Below, piece after piece: positions 1-23,055 of a DNA stretch of 64,000 nucleotides. Where the stretch lies: the NCBI GenBank assembly GCA_002269645.1, contig NIVC01002352.1, forward strand, positions 117,747 to 181,746. Direction: 5' to 3'. Position 1 is the first letter of the stretch; each line of letters opens with the position of its first letter. This stretch comes from Macrostomum lignano. Lineage: Eukaryota. The position numbers and the translations under genes are program-made. The notes below the pieces were generated by a model. The model searched no databases and was not told where the DNA came from. It was given only the letters and a program-made list of their open reading frames with translations.

Positions 1-245
1 AAGCAGCAATTCACTCACATTGCTGGGGTCCTTTTTCACTTAATCTGTCGTCTCAACGCTGCGCTCTGGAGTGTATGATTCAGTGTGCCGAGCTTATCAA
101 ACTGCAGTGGCGGAGGGCCCACCCACTGAGGCCACGGCGACATTCATATAGAGCCGTCTGCCACCTGCCTCCGCCCCTCACAGCTTTTCTTGTCTTTCTC
201 TTCATCTGATTGGACATTGGGCGGTGGAGTGCATCCTGGCAGCAG

Positions 246-362
246 GTCACTCACTCACTCACTCACTCACTCACTCACTCACTCACTCACTCACTCACTC
301 ACTCACTCACTCAATCACTCACTCAATCACTCACTCACTCACTCACTCACTCACTCACTCAC
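246..362. repeat. (TCAC)n microsatellite; reads (GTGA)n on the minus strand
   Basis: Direct inspection of the tetranucleotide run. Confidence 0.97.
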
Positions 363-514
363 TGCCCACGTGGCCACCTGCGGCAGTGGAGAAAGGTTGA
401 GGAAGGTTGCTGACGAAGTTAATTGGGTCAGCTTCCACCTCACGCGAGGATGCCATTTTGATCGCGAGCTCGTCAACTGTTGAGATGACAGTGGCTGAGG
501 ACATGGCGTGAGGC
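363..514 (-). CDS. Possible isolated coding exon (MSSATVISTVDELAIKMASSREVEADPINFVSNLPQPF...), product unknown
   Basis: Acceptor-like cgcgcag| at 517-515, an ATG at 504, an open non-repetitive frame and donor candidates running into the (GTGA)n repeat. No family motif recognised and no consistent downstream exon found. Confidence 0.25.
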
Positions 515-623
515 CTGCGCGTGGGGAAATTGTCGTGCCTGGCACTTAAAAAAAAACTTATTACTCGTAATTGCATGCAGTGCGCGATAATAAACGCCCG
601 ATCTACTAGAGGCACTTGCAGCC

Positions 624-1234
<611 letters not shown>

Positions 1235-1721
1235 AATAGAACAGTTTACAGCAAATATAGAATTCCCGGCTCCAGAAATAGCAGACGAGTGGCAGGGAAA
1301 GTGCCGGATCTGATGGCGCAGAGTCCAGTGCAGCAAATTGTGACCCGATGTGCACCAGCCAGACAGCCTGATTGCGCGGTGCGGCATAAACTGGGGTTAC
1401 GATGAGGCAGAGCATTTCAATCAGCTAATTTTTATTTGAGCAGCCCGTCCTGCTGTCAGTGAGCTGGCCGGGTTTTCTGTCAATAAATGCGACAGTTTTT
1501 TAACAGCGCAAGCTGATGGCAGAGCAGATGCGGCTGCCCAGATCCAAACTAATTTGCTCAGCTTTGCGATTGAGCAGGCATTTTAATTAGCGTTTGCTCA
1601 GCACTTTGTCTCAGATTTATTGAAAGCTGGAATGCACTGATGATGCTAAAATAACCTCCGCAGCACTTTACCGCTGCAATTACAGAAAGTTGATGATGGC
1701 GAAAGTTCTTTGAAGACCATC

Positions 1722-2450
1722 CGAGACTGGTTCACACGTTTTTGTCCGAGACTGATTCACACATTTTTCGTTTAAGACTGATTCACACTTTTTTGTCCGA
1801 GACTGATTCACGCGTTTTTGTCCGAGACTGATTCACACATTTTTCGTCCAAGACTGATTCAGACCTTTTTAGTCCGATACTGATTGACATCTTTTTTGTC
1901 CGAGACTGGTTCACACGTTTTTGTCCGAGACTGATTCACACCTTTTTTTGTCCGATACTGATTCACACGTTTTCGTCCGAGACTGATTTACACCTTTTTT
2001 GTCCGAGACTGATTCACACTTTTTTACGAGACTGATTCACACCTTTTTTGTCCGAGACTGATTCACACCTTTTTTGTCCGAGACTGATTCACACCTTTTT
2101 TGTCCGAGACTGATTCATGCGTTTTTGTCCGAGACTGATTCACACTTTTTGTCCGAGGCTGATTCATGCGTTTTTGTCCGAGACTGATTCAGACCTTTTT
2201 GTCCGAGACTGATTCACACTTTTTTGTCTAAGACTGATTCACACGTTTTTGTCCGAGACTGATTCACACCTTTTTGTCCAAGACTGATTCACACCTTTTT
2301 GTCCGAGACTGATTCACACCTTTTTGTCCGAGACTGATTCACACCTTTTTTGTCCGAGACTGATTCACACATTTTTCGTCCAAGACTGATTCAGACCTTT
2401 TTAGTCCGATACTGATTGACATCTTTTTTGTCCGAGACTGGTTCATACGT
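1722..2450. repeat. About 25-bp minisatellite (tttttgtccgagactgattcacacc)
   Basis: Roughly 28 tandem units with a variable T-run. Confidence 0.95.
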
Positions 2451-2810
2451 TTTTATTTGAAGTTGAATTACAAGTTTTAATTCCTAGATGCACATTATAG
2501 CTTTGAATTGAAAGCAACAACCTGGCCTTCATTCGCTCCTGGATGGTAATTCACAGGTGCATTTAAAAAAAATGGCTGAAGTCTGGTTTTAAAAAGAAGT
2601 TCAGTTTTGCCTGCCTGCTCTGCTTTTGCGCAGATCATCTAGCAGGCCCAGTTGCCTGTTAATTGTAATAAATTTGATGGAGCTGTCGGGCACCCTGGCG
2701 CTAAGCCTTCGGGCGACATCGTCTCAGAACCAGCCCTGAGGTGATTCTGTCCACTCCACTGACGCCTGAGCACAGATAAGCGTACTCAGGCACACGCTCA
2801 CGTATCTAAT

Positions 2811-2879
2811 CGTCTAATTCTAATTCTAATTCTAATTCTAATTCTAATTCTAATTCTAATTCTAATTCTAATTCTAATT
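2811..2879. repeat. (CTAATT)n hexanucleotide microsatellite
   Basis: Direct inspection. Confidence 0.95.
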
Positions 2880-3624
2880 CGTCAGGCCTTGGTGGGGAGA
2901 GTTGGTCCGCATTAATGTGGATCGCACGACAAATTCCAAAGCTGCACAAGAAATGAAACAGCAAAACGGCATATCGTGCATTTTTAAAGCCCTATTTTTA
3001 GTTTAGCTTAGTAGTCCCTTGAGCCACTAGGGATGCCTCCTTTTAGGGCCATAAACTTGACTATTTATAGCCGCAAAAGATTTATAGTCTTTTTTGCCGG
3101 TAACGGCCCCCCTTCCTGAAGAATGGTACAAGTTTTTATATTCTTTAAACAAATTTCGCCAGTTACAAAAGAAAAACACTGAAAAGATACCCATTTTCAA
3201 ATTTACGAAAAGCTAATTCCTACAGAAAGGCAAGCTCTGTATGTTTCATTTATACCCATCTAAAAAATTCGAAAACGAAAAACAAAATTAATTAGATTTC
3301 TGTTCATTACAAGAATGAAACTACTGTTCAAGTTCTCATCATACTACTGAAACAAGTATGTCAGTAGTAGCCTGCAATAAATACTAGCAATAAATGTAGA
3401 AAATGTCTAAACAGCCATTTTGATAAGAATATTTCTGATTCTGGGACAGGGGATTCGGGGGGTCAATAAGGCGTCCAGGGGTCGATGAGTGCAGAAGGAG
3501 GAGTAGGGAATTCGGGGGGATTAAGGGCAAACCAGCTGGATATGAAGTGGGGCATTAGTACCCAGCTTTGAAACCCGGCTGCGGCAGGCAGTCCGAAACA
3601 CAGGAGACCAGCAGGGAAGGAAGC

Positions 3625-10004
<6,380 letters not shown>

Positions 10005-10006
<2 letters not shown>

Positions 10007-12514
10007 GCAGAGCAACAACAGCTCAGCTCAACAGCAGGTGCTCAGCGCTGCGTTCTTCTACCTCAGATCGGCCTCCATTGCAGTCTCCTGTCTGGGCCTC
10101 CTAGCCGGGTCATTTTCGTTTGCAGTCCTGCTCAAGCGCTACCGATCCACCAGGGAAGCCTTCGATGTTGGACTAATCCTGCTGGAGGCCTGCCAGGTAG
10201 CCCACAGCGCCTTCTGCGTGGCCACCTTCTCCTGCGACATGGCCGCTCAGTACACGGGGATCTACAATAACCGAATCTTCTTGGATGCCTATGATGTGAG
10301 CCTGAAGTGTCCATTAGTGCTGAGTACAGTAGCTGTTATGCATTGATTACTCAGGTGGGGTAGGGGCAAGGAAAGCCGTAGCCTAGCGGTCTAATGTGCC
10401 GGTGGCCCAGGCTCGATTCCAAGTGCAGTCACATTAATGTGGGTCTAAATTGGAATCTCGGCTTGGCTCTGCTCGTGCTATTAACGCGGCCTTGAGGGCC
10501 AACCCTCAAGCCACAGTGAAGTGTACATGCTTAATAAGAAATAAAGTTAAGGCCGCTGTACACTCCTGTGTGAGTGCCTGTGCGTGTGACTGCGTACGTA
10601 TCCGCGCACTTAAAGTGCGCTTAAAGTGCGCCAGGGCCTGTATCAAAAGGGGGTGGGGGCAGAGCGGCTCTCAACGGTACAAGCATACCCAGGTTCGATT
10701 CCGCGCGGATTAGCGGAATCGGCGGCTGCCGCCTTACCCACTGTGTTCACAGACCGCACTGTAGCTAAGTCAAAAAGGTATAAAGTCAAATGCATTTGCA
10801 CACAAAACCATGCCGCAGGCAATTTACGCCATAACAACGGCGGCCCTGCTAGTGCGCAACCTGTGGACCATGTGCGTGGCCCTGTTCCGAACCCTGGCCA
10901 CCATCTGGCCCATTGCGATGCGCAGCCGGCTGACCCGGCGGGTCCAGCTGCTGGTGTTCGGCCTGGCGCTCAGCGCCTCTCTGCTCATCGGAGCTCTGTT
11001 CTTTGTGCAACGAACCGCCCAGCTGGACCAGGCCATGCTGCTTCTGTTCAGCCGAGCCCTGCAGGCCTACCTGCCAGTGCCGGTGGTGCTGGCCAGCTCC
11101 GTGGTCATGACCTGCCACCTGTGCCGCGTGAAGCCGCCGACTGTTGGAGCCGCGGCCGCCGCTGCCGCCGCATCACCCGCCACCGCCACAGCCGTGGCGG
11201 GTGCCGAGCCGAACAGAAGGGGAACAATGGCATCCAGGTAGGAATAGAGTAGAAACTTAACAACTATTGATCCACATTTGGTGGCATTGCACATAAAATT
11301 TTGAACACTTTAAAAAAGATTTTAACGTTGAGTTAACAATTACTGGGAGGTATGAAAGTTAGCCGGGGCCTCTGCCAAAACTGGTTAATTTTTACCCGAG
11401 ACAGCCCACAAATAAGCTAACGGGGCAGTAAAACAAGGGGGGTTGAAAACTAGGCAGGGCTATATCTAACGGGGTAGAAAAACAAGGGGGGTTGAAAACT
11501 AGGCAGGGCTATAGCTAACGGGGTAGAAAAACAAGGGGGGCTGAAAACTAGGCAGGGCTATAGCTAACGGGGTAGAAAAACAAAGGGGGCTGAAAACTAG
11601 GCAGGGCTATAGCTAACAGGGCAGAAAAACAAGGGGGTGTTGAAAAGTAGGCAGGGCTATAGCTAACGGGGTAGAAAAACAAGGGGGAGTGAAAACTAGG
11701 CAGGGCTATAGCTAACAGGGCAGAAAAACAGGGGGGTTGAAAAGTAGGCGGGAGAGTTAGGGAGAGAACGATAAAGCTGACAGAGGGGGTTGGAAGAGAG
11801 GTGCCGTGCAGAAATGTAATACGAGTACAAACGTAATTGTACGAAAGTGCATGGACCTGATAGATCGATATAAGCGAAATTCAGCAAATGAATTAATTCT
11901 CTTAGTAAACAGCATTGAGAGTCTGACCTACCTTTTATACTAAGAGGTATCTCGGCGCATCTTTGAACGCTCACATTCAGTCAACTTCCAATTTCCGATT
12001 TCCCATCAGAATTCTGCGCTCTTCATCTCACAGTCTCCAAATACAGCACGGCCTGCAGCACCAACAGAACTCGCGCAACTCTCGAGTAGCAACAGCCATT
12101 GTGCTCTGCTTGGCGGTCACTTTCTACCTGTTCGAGTCACCAGGAGCCGTGGCCATCATGTGCGACTGGCCCGGGGTGGGGTCGCGCATCGACTGGTTTT
12201 ACTGCCTCAACGACATCCTGGTGTCGCTGGACAGCGCCAGTAACTTTCTCATCTTCGTCTGCTTGAGTCGCAGCTTCCGATGCACCGCCCGCACCGCCCT
12301 GCTTGGTTGGTGCCGAGGCGGTGGAAGTGGAGGCCGCGCCGGAAACGGATGCGGCGGCGGCGGGCGTTTCGGAACCGCTCAGCTTCAAAATGGAATCCGT
12401 CGCGGCAAAGACGACGTCGCCATCGACCTGGAAGAGCGTCGGCGATTCGTCACCGATGGCCGACTGGTTGGACGGGGCGGCAGCGAGTCCTGCCTGTGCG
12501 ACGTCAACGTCTGA
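10005..12514 (+). CDS. Rhodopsin-like (class A) GPCR, FMRFamide/peptide-receptor-like, about 396 aa
   Basis: Exons 10005-10295, 10819-11237, 12034-12514 with phases 0 and 2. N-terminal NNS sequon and seven hydrophobic segments; TM6 TFYLFESPGA; TM7 LDSASNFLIFVCLSRSFR. Confidence 0.88.
10372..10637 (+). mobile_element. tRNA-derived SINE family A, copy 1 (GPCR intron 1)
   Basis: A-box TAGCCTAGCGG (10379) and B-box GGCTCGATTCC (10410); body homologous to 13617-13990 and 23300-26440. Confidence 0.75.
11420..11745. repeat. About 41-bp minisatellite in GPCR intron 2
   Basis: About 8 units of aaaactaggcagggctatagctaacggggtagaaaaacaagggggg. Confidence 0.93.
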
Positions 12515-13616
12515 CTGAAGGGAGACCCAGGCCGAATGCTTGACGATGTAGATAGGGCAGTAACTCCATAGCTACATGTAGTTTGCTTGTGTTTTTCTTC
12601 TTTAGCCGAACTGCGCACACAGACACATCTAATCGAACTAATTATGGGGGGCTTACAATGTCGGTCATCAGAATGTTAACCCAATTGGATAATCATTAAG
12701 CACATTTCATAATCAATAGCTGTCAGATTTTGTACTCGATTCGATCTAGTCTCGTATTCGTCAGGTAGGCGTCGTCATTCACCTGTAAATATGTTTTTGC
12801 CCCACATAATTTGTGGGTTGTTGTGCGCGCGAGCACTACAAATAATTAATATAAAATGCACCAAAACTCTCATTCAGTGGGGAAGATGTTATTAACTCAG
12901 AATGGGCCATACATGAAAAGCTTACGGAAACTCGGCTCTTGCCCTGTTATTCAAGGCAGGTGCGAACTCGGAACTCGAACTACCGTTGTGCCGCATTGAA
13001 AGTCGTGCAGTCCTAATGCAAACACGAACCCCTCCCCCCCCCGCTTGTTCACCCCCACCCTCTGTGCACCTTTAGATGGGGAATGGGCTAAATTATTAAC
13101 TACAAGCTGCAAAGGTGTCGCACATTTGAGCATGCAATAAATCACTATAGCCGAATTTTATCGCACGACATTTTATCGCACGCAGAGGCGGTGGGCAAGT
13201 GACTGATAGCAATAAATGAACAATTCTACTCTAAGGAGAATTAGAATGAGTAATGATAAAGGACATTTAGCATAGGTATACTGACTGCGATTCATTTACT
13301 CACTTTGAAATGAATAGCAACTTAAACACACATTAAAACTTTTCATTTTTTCAATTTTAATTCACTCAATCAAAGATCAGTGACAAAAACGCAGCAATTT
13401 TCAGGTGTATTTATCATTTAGAGGCCTTGATTACCACGGAAAAATAGCTGGCATAGGCCAAGTGAAACGGGTGGCTCAAAACTGGATTAAACACGCTGTA
13501 AAGAGATTAAAATATCTGACCGGAGTACGCAGTGATGCAGGACTGAAATCCGTGACGTTCTACCTTGCCTTAAAGGAACACAAAAGCAATGAGAAAAACA
13601 ATTTTAACACGCTTTT

Positions 13617-13990
13617 TATTTGAGGCAGGGGCTGCGTGCACCCTGGCGCACTTTAAGCGACATTGTCGCACAACCGGCGAGAGGCATTACTGCCCATTCC
13701 GCCGACTCCCCAGAGCAGGCACACAAGCGCGCGGATACGTACGCAGTCATACGCGTACGTACTCCCACAGGAGGCCCACACTCACACAGGTGTACAGCGG
13801 CCCTAACTTATTTATCGTTAGGCATGTACACTTTACTGTGCCTTGGGGGTTGGCCCGATCAAGGCCATTAATTGCACGACCAGAGCCAAACTGAGATCCC
13901 AATTTAGCCCCAAATGAATGTGACTGCACTTGGAATCGAGCCTGGGCCGCCAGCACATCAGAGCGCCGCACTAACAGTTGCTTACTGAAA
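13617..13990 (-). mobile_element. tRNA-derived SINE family A, copy 2 (most complete)
   Basis: Reverse complement aligns to copies 1 and 3: ggctcgattccaagtgcagtcacatt...gactgcgtacgtatccgcgc...cttaaagtgcgccaggg, then an A-rich end. Confidence 0.75.
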
Positions 13991-14023
13991 ATTATCGCGT
14001 GAGAAGCAGAAATTTTAATTACA

Positions 14024-14100
14024 AGTAGTATATCTTATGCAGTAGTATATCTTATGCAGTAGTATATCTTATGCAGTAGTATATCTTATGCAGTAGTATA
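14024..14100. repeat. 17-bp tandem repeat (gcagtagtatatcttat) x4
   Basis: Direct inspection. Confidence 0.9.
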
Positions 14101-14374
14101 AAAAGCGAATAAAACGGGACACAATTAAAAAGCATGCACTAGAAGAGATCACACAAACAAGGCAGGGCAACTGCAGCAATATTATTGCATAGCCACAGCT
14201 GTCTGATGAAAAATTGATTATAGTAAATAATAAAGCTTTGCAACAATTTTAATGCCGCTTGAAACTGCAATATAAAAAGCTGACATAAATAACAGGCAAC
14301 AATAAAACGCAGGAAAGTTCTATAAAAATGACGTGACTATTGTTATAAAATATATATTTGTGTCTTAGATTGTG

Positions 14375-14376
14375 GC

Positions 14377-14431
<55 letters not shown>

Positions 14432-14444
14432 GAGACAGACAGAC

Positions 14445-14535
<91 letters not shown>

Positions 14536-14548
14536 GAGACAGACAGAC

Positions 14549-14643
<95 letters not shown>

Positions 14644-14675
14644 GAGACAGACAGACAGAGAGACAGACAGACAGA
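14375..14675. repeat. (GACA)n microsatellite
   Basis: Direct inspection. Confidence 0.97.
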
Positions 14676-14794
14676 CGACAGAGAAGCAGAGACTGAAGTT
14701 AAGAAGCCCAAAGCTGAATAATCACAATACAACAGTCTACTACAATCGTCATGCTCTCTCCCCGCTCCAGCCAAGACTCCGGTCTTGCCCGAAC

Positions 14795-16650
<1,856 letters not shown>

Positions 16651-17751
16651 CTTTTTTTCCAAAATCTGGTAACCGAAGTTTGAAATCAGGTAATTCAATT
16701 AGCAGACCAGCCAATTTAACTGTGATATCCAGCAGGATTCTCAGGATACTAGCATACAAGGCATGTGGCTAACCTAATTATAGACAGACGGGTTACTTCT
16801 AAACAACATTATAATAAGTAATGTTTATGCTATGTAAACCATATAGCTTGGCCGAATTATTATTAATACAGAATACAATACCTTCAACTAGCAGGCATCA
16901 GTGCGCTTTGCACTATAATAAACCATTTATACAGCCTAGCTAAACAGAAAGTTAATTGCAACAATTACAACAAGTAAATTGACTATCTAGCAAACCAATG
17001 GGCCGCTACTCAAACTTGTATTTAATCTCGATAACGAAGGGCATCACTTAGATTTGAATTCGCAAAAGCCGAAGATTCCAAGTCTAATAATAGATTAAGC
17101 GCAGTTTTCAATTGCCAACAAAAGAAAATGCCGGGTTTTACTATTCTATTCTAAACAAATAATGTCTTAAAAATACTAATGATGAGACAGATTCAAGTAG
17201 TGCAAACCGAATCTGCATGCACTTCTTTATCCGGCCTATGGTGATAAAATTGAATAAAACAGAGCTAAAATGAAATTATGAAAGTTTAATTGTGCATTAA
17301 TAAGCTTTCAGATTCAATTGCTTTAGTTTTGAGGGCATACTGATAATAACTTTCCAATTTAGAATTTTAAACTACCGAGAAAGAATTGAATTGAAAAAAA
17401 CTTGTACGAGAAGGGCAAGAGGAGAAAGACAACAGCAGAGTGTCAAATATTTTAACATAAAAAACGGCTACATAATGCACACGAAATTACGAATCTATGC
17501 GGTTTACAAATCTACATTTCTAAAATTAACACACAAATAATTATCTAAAAAGCATTCATATACTACTCACGCTCATCCTAGACATGCTACTCAAAGTAGT
17601 TTAGGCTCTGTTTGCCATTGTCATCTCGCACTATCGACTGAGCCTACGATAGTGCGATTAAATCATAATTTAATAAAATCGAATGGCATTCAGGGAAACC
17701 TAAAGCAAATTGAAATCGTTGTAAGCGAAGAAATGAGAGCCTAACTAAGTC

Positions 17752-18210
<459 letters not shown>

Positions 18211-18412
18211 GCCCGTCTTCAATTGAATCAGCTCTACATCTTACATGCCCCGCTACTAAACTGAAGCAGATTAACAAAATCCAATCAACAAGAGAGAATG
18301 AGACGATGTCGCTGGGGGGGTGCAAAAATTTGCTCATAGTGGACCGATTCGCGCAAATCAATAATTATCAGTCAGATGAGAAGTCCTGCTGCTAAGCTTC
18401 AATTATCGCAGT

Positions 18413-19626
18413 CTAAGCGGCCTTGGCAACCGTGACAGTGTAACCAAAGTTAGCCTTGAGCTGCTCCAGGAACACGAAGGTGAGCACCGTGTGCGGAGCC
18501 AGACGCACAAACGCCGGCACGATGCCTTTGAAGAAGCCGAAGAACAGGAAACCGGAGGCGTAGATGTCGGCGGCGCAGGCGGAGAGACCCGTGTAGGCGC
18601 CCGGCTTGGCGTTCATCAGGCGAGTCTTCATCACGTCGAACGGCTGCGTGACCAGGGTGGCTGTGCCGCCCGCCCCGAAGCTCGCGGTGAAGTGCGTCAA
18701 CGGGTCGTCGCCGAACAAGCCGGTAGACATCAGGGCGCCCTTGAATAGGTCGTAGAAGGCCAGCTGGCCAAAGGTGACCAGGGCGGCTCGTGTGGACGTC
18801 ATTGAGACTCCGTTCATAACTTTGACGGCGCCCTCATTGCGGCACACCTGCAATGGTCATGGGGTACTCATAGACTGGTCATGGGGTGGGGCTGCCGATG
18901 CTCACAGAATGGTCATGGGTGGAGCTGCAGCTGCTCATAGACTGGTCATGGGGTGGGGCTGCCACTGCTCATAGACTGTTCAGGGTGGGGCTGTCGCTGC
19001 TCATAGACTGGTCATAGGTGGGGCTGCCACAGATCATAGCATTGGTCACAGGACCCGATAACACATGGTAGTACTGCCCTGCTCAAGAGTACATGCACTT
19101 TTAAATCCCATGCACGCAAATAAACAATTGCACAAAAGCAAAATTGGCAATATCAGGTGACTCCACCCACCTGGTAGAGCCCGTCAAACACGTGACGATA
19201 ATTCCTCCGCTGATCCAGCGGCAGTTTGACATCGTTCTGCATGCGCACGTTCACCATGTCGGCCGGGTTGCCAACCACGCCGCCAACGAAGCCGCCAATT
19301 AGGGCGACGCCGGCAGACTCGGCGAACGACATCTTGGCCTGGCCTTTTCTGCTCTTGTAGGTCTCGTAGATGGCAAATCGGGTCATGGAGTACGTCAGCT
19401 GGCGCATGATGGAAGCAGAAAGGCCATTGTACAGTCCCATAATGCCATCCCGCTTCAGCACAACGACACCCATGCGAACCAGCCCAATGTCTGCCTTCTG
19501 CTGCGTCTGCAGATGCACCTTCAGCAGGTCCAACGGATGGGTGCAGGCTGCGGCCATGGCGCTGGCGACTCCACCAAAGTACCAATAGCCCATGTGCTTC
19601 ACTTCTGGCTGCTTGTTGGATGCCAT
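18413..19626 (-). CDS. SLC25A10: Mitochondrial dicarboxylate carrier (SLC25 family), 296 aa
   Basis: Exons 19626-19171 and 18847-18413 (phase 0). DIC-typical WYFGGVASAMAAACTHPLDLLKVHLQTQQ; carrier motifs PADMVNVRMQ and PFDVMKTRLM; YNGLSASIMRQLTYSMTRF; FFKGIVPAFVRLAPHTVLTFVFLEQL. Confidence 0.93.
18855..19035. repeat. About 33-bp minisatellite in the carrier intron, abutting the 3' splice site
   Basis: catagactggtcatggggtggggctgc..ctgct units. Confidence 0.85.
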
Positions 19627-21473
19627 CTTGATGCTGTAAGTCTGAGAAATAGAGCTTGACTATGAGATACCAACTGACTCTCTGGGTAAGATTGTGAGAT
19701 ATTAACTAATTCTCTAGGTGATACCAACTATGAGACTATAATTCTTGACCTAGTTAAATAAATTTATAATAAAAATATTGAAGAGTATTGTTCATATATT
19801 TGAGATAATTATAAATAGTTATTATTTTTTATGCCAACCTTATTTAAATTTTAAAAGAAATACTTATTTTTAGAAATTTCAAGTCAATAAAATTTATATT
19901 ATTATTTGTTTTTAATTATATTTTTAATAGCATTACTACATTTTTCTATCAATATATTATCATAACAATTTCTAATAATCAAGTAGCTATTATATATTAT
20001 TAAATAATTTTAAAATTAAGCTTAACATAGGAAAATTAAAAATTATAATACTTAACTATAATAAGCATAAGGTCAAAACAACTTTAGTAGACCTAATAAA
20101 ACTTTTGCATTTCTATGACTATAAACATAGAACTAGGTCACTAGGGCCAAGGGCCTGCTGCCTATAATGAGAAACTAGGCTTTTTTGAAGGGCACCACTT
20201 TAAAATAATAAACTTAAGAAATAGTAATACAACTAGGCCCAATTTTCTTTATAACAAAACAAGATAAAATTAGATTTTTAGGGAGAGTAGGCACTTTGCA
20301 TCTTACTTAGTAACATACCATGTGCCACTAACTATGCTCTCCTACTGGAAAATTGACTTAACTTTGAGAAAATACCTACTGCCAAAGCAGCCAAACCTAG
20401 GATAATAGCATAGGTCTAGGCTATTGTAATTGTACTAGATGTCGCAGCTGAAAAATGCGCTTGGGGTTAAGGATAAGCCTTTAGTAGCTGACTATAGCCT
20501 ATGCTATGACTATGTGCAGCATGCGCCCATATTGAATTGAGATTCTATTCCTAATTCCCATGTAAAACAGAAGCAGTGCTTATGTCATTGCCAGAAAATG
20601 TGTATAGCCTTTAAGCAAAAATTGATAATAAAAAAATTCAATTAAGTTTACATAAGTTTCCTCTATTTTTAAAAAGAACTTAATGTCATCTTATTTGTTT
20701 TTTAACCTCAATTTGTTACCTAAATATTATATTAAATCGTTCATCTTGAATCGTTGCAAAAAACGAAATTAAATAATCTCTTGTAGCAGATTCTTTTAAA
20801 CATACTAAATCGGAGTTAATAAATTTCTGATGCAAAACAGTCGTTAAAGCATAAGAAACTATTTATTTATTAAAAAAACTGACTGATTTTGTTTTACTTT
20901 GCTGCGCCATGCAAACTTTCGCATTTCGGCAAATGTCCCAGGCTAATACCTTTGAAGGCGCATATTGGTGCAGAGTAGGATTGATTATTGAGAGCTGTTT
21001 AACTTAAAATCACCAGCCTTTCATCATCATGCAATTTTAATTTGCAAAGAGGCTCGTGATCAATAACATTTATATTTTGAAACTTTTTTCAGGATGATAT
21101 CAGAGTTTTTCTAAAAAGCAAGTTAGCAAATATTGTAGCTTTTCGCTAGCTCGAAGATGTTCAAGACAATTTAAAAATTTTTAAGCACTTTAGGTTTTTA
21201 TTGCAATTTTATTTTATTTCGATTTTTTTACTCTCAAGTAGAGCAGACAATACATATTTGTGTCATATCATTCCAATACAATAACAGCAGTCAGCAGATG
21301 ATTTGAACCAACAGTACATGTACGTATACATGCTTCTGTTCATGCAAACAGCAAACTTTGACAAATTTATCCGTCAATCTAGCAACAGATATCAATGTAA
21401 CAAAGATAAGAATAAATTTGCTAGTCATACGAGCTAGTATCTACTTGAAGCTAGCATTACTCGTAAGTCTCAA

Positions 21474-23055
21474 TCAGAACGTGGCGGCAGTCCACTCCTC
21501 AGCTAGGTCAACAGGGCGCGCTTTGAACACAGCGTCCCGAAGTCGTTCAATCGGTGGCGAGCCATGAGGCAACCGACCCAAAGCAAAGATGCTGAGCTTC
21601 ATCTTGGGCCGGGAGGCCCTACCATAGGCATCCTGGATGAGAAACTCACCGGGCGAAAAGTCGAATCGGGCTAGTTTGTGCGGCGACGAGTCTAGCATCG
21701 ACCAGCCGGGCGAGTCGCGCCAATCGGGAAAGTTCATGAAGAACCAGCTGGGGGTCCCGCGGTCCAGGCAGTCAGTGACTCGACGAGCTGCCTCCTCGAG
21801 GACGCTCTCGATAAATGGTGGGTTTACGGACCAGCCTCCCGTGCGCCTGGAGAAGTTCAGCAGTTGCATATTGAAATGGCACCGGATCCTCCCAGATCCT
21901 CAGACTAGATTTAGATTATCTGCAGCCCCCCTACTCCAGACTGTACTGTCACCCTTTCAACTCCTCACTAAATCCTTGAAATTCACCTGGTCAGATCAAT
22001 GTTGAAAAAGTTTCCTAAACTGCCAAACACAGAGTCTGTGTCGGGGAACAGCGAACAGAATCCAGCCTCGTCCAGTCCAAGGAATCGAGAATTCAATGGC
22101 GACGAGAAGCCTTCATAGCGGGCGCCGAAGTCGCGGTAGTAGACCCGGTGCACGCTGAGTGGGTCGCCCCACTGATAGCTTCCGCTGCCAAGAGACTCGT
22201 AGCGCAGCAGCATGCGGGCCGTGGCGGCCAGGCCGAACCGCTGAGCCAGGTAAGGCAGGCGTCGAGAAGCGGACGATTGAAACTCATGGCCAACCCGGAT
22301 GCAGCCTCGATCCTCGTCGAGCATGCGCAGCTCGATAGCCGGCTGTTCGAGGCACTTTTCCGAGTCGTGGCAGCTCCGACGGAAACGTTCGACCTCTGCC
22401 AGCATGCCGATGGCCAAATTGGTGGCCGAGCGACGCAGTCGACAAAATCCTTTATCGTAGGCGTCGGAAGCCAGCAGCTTTGTCTGACGAAAAAGGAGAA
22501 AATTTGGTCTTCGACTCAGTCATAGACGTACAAAGACAACATCAACATGCCAGTTGCTTATCACAGGTGTACAGAAAGCAGGTAAGGCCAATATAAAAGC
22601 AGAAATATAGTATGAGTCACGTCATACGCATGCAATGTTGATATACGGTATGATTATTGAGGCCTGAATAAATCAGCCTGAGGATCTGAGAGTGTGTCAG
22701 GCAATCAGACATCCAACTAAAATACGAGGTAATGTCGCAGCTTCACCTTCTGATCATCCGACCGCATGCCAATTGGGAACAGCGGCAGCTGCTTATCCAT
22801 CTTGGTGCTGCATCCTCCGTCGCTAACCGCATCAGCTTGCTGCAAGCTAAGGATCCATCGCTCAACAATATTTGTAGCCTCGCGGAGGCCGCTTCCGACG
22901 CCACGGCCGCCGCCTCGTCTACTATTGGGATTTCTCTCCTCGGAAAGTTGTAGAAATTTCTGCACCAAAGTGTCGCAGAATTGCTTTTGCCGGTACTCGA
23001 TGGCCAGGCCATTGTCAACTGATTTTTCGCTGTCAGATTTAGTGATAGAATTCAT
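21474..23055 (-). CDS. PCIF1: PCIF1/CAPAM-like cap-adjacent adenosine N6-methyltransferase, about 392 aa, no WW domain
   Basis: Exons 23055-22747, 22483-21987, 21846-21474 (phase 0,2). Motifs LLRYESLG..SYQWG.P, EGFSSPLNS, FCSLFPDTDSVFGSLG, GGWSVNPPF and WFFMNFPDW match the remembered PCIF1 core (FECFASPLNC, YCSAFPDTDGYFGSRG, GSFEANPPF, FIVFIPEW). Symbol indicates family; orthology unproven. Confidence 0.85.
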
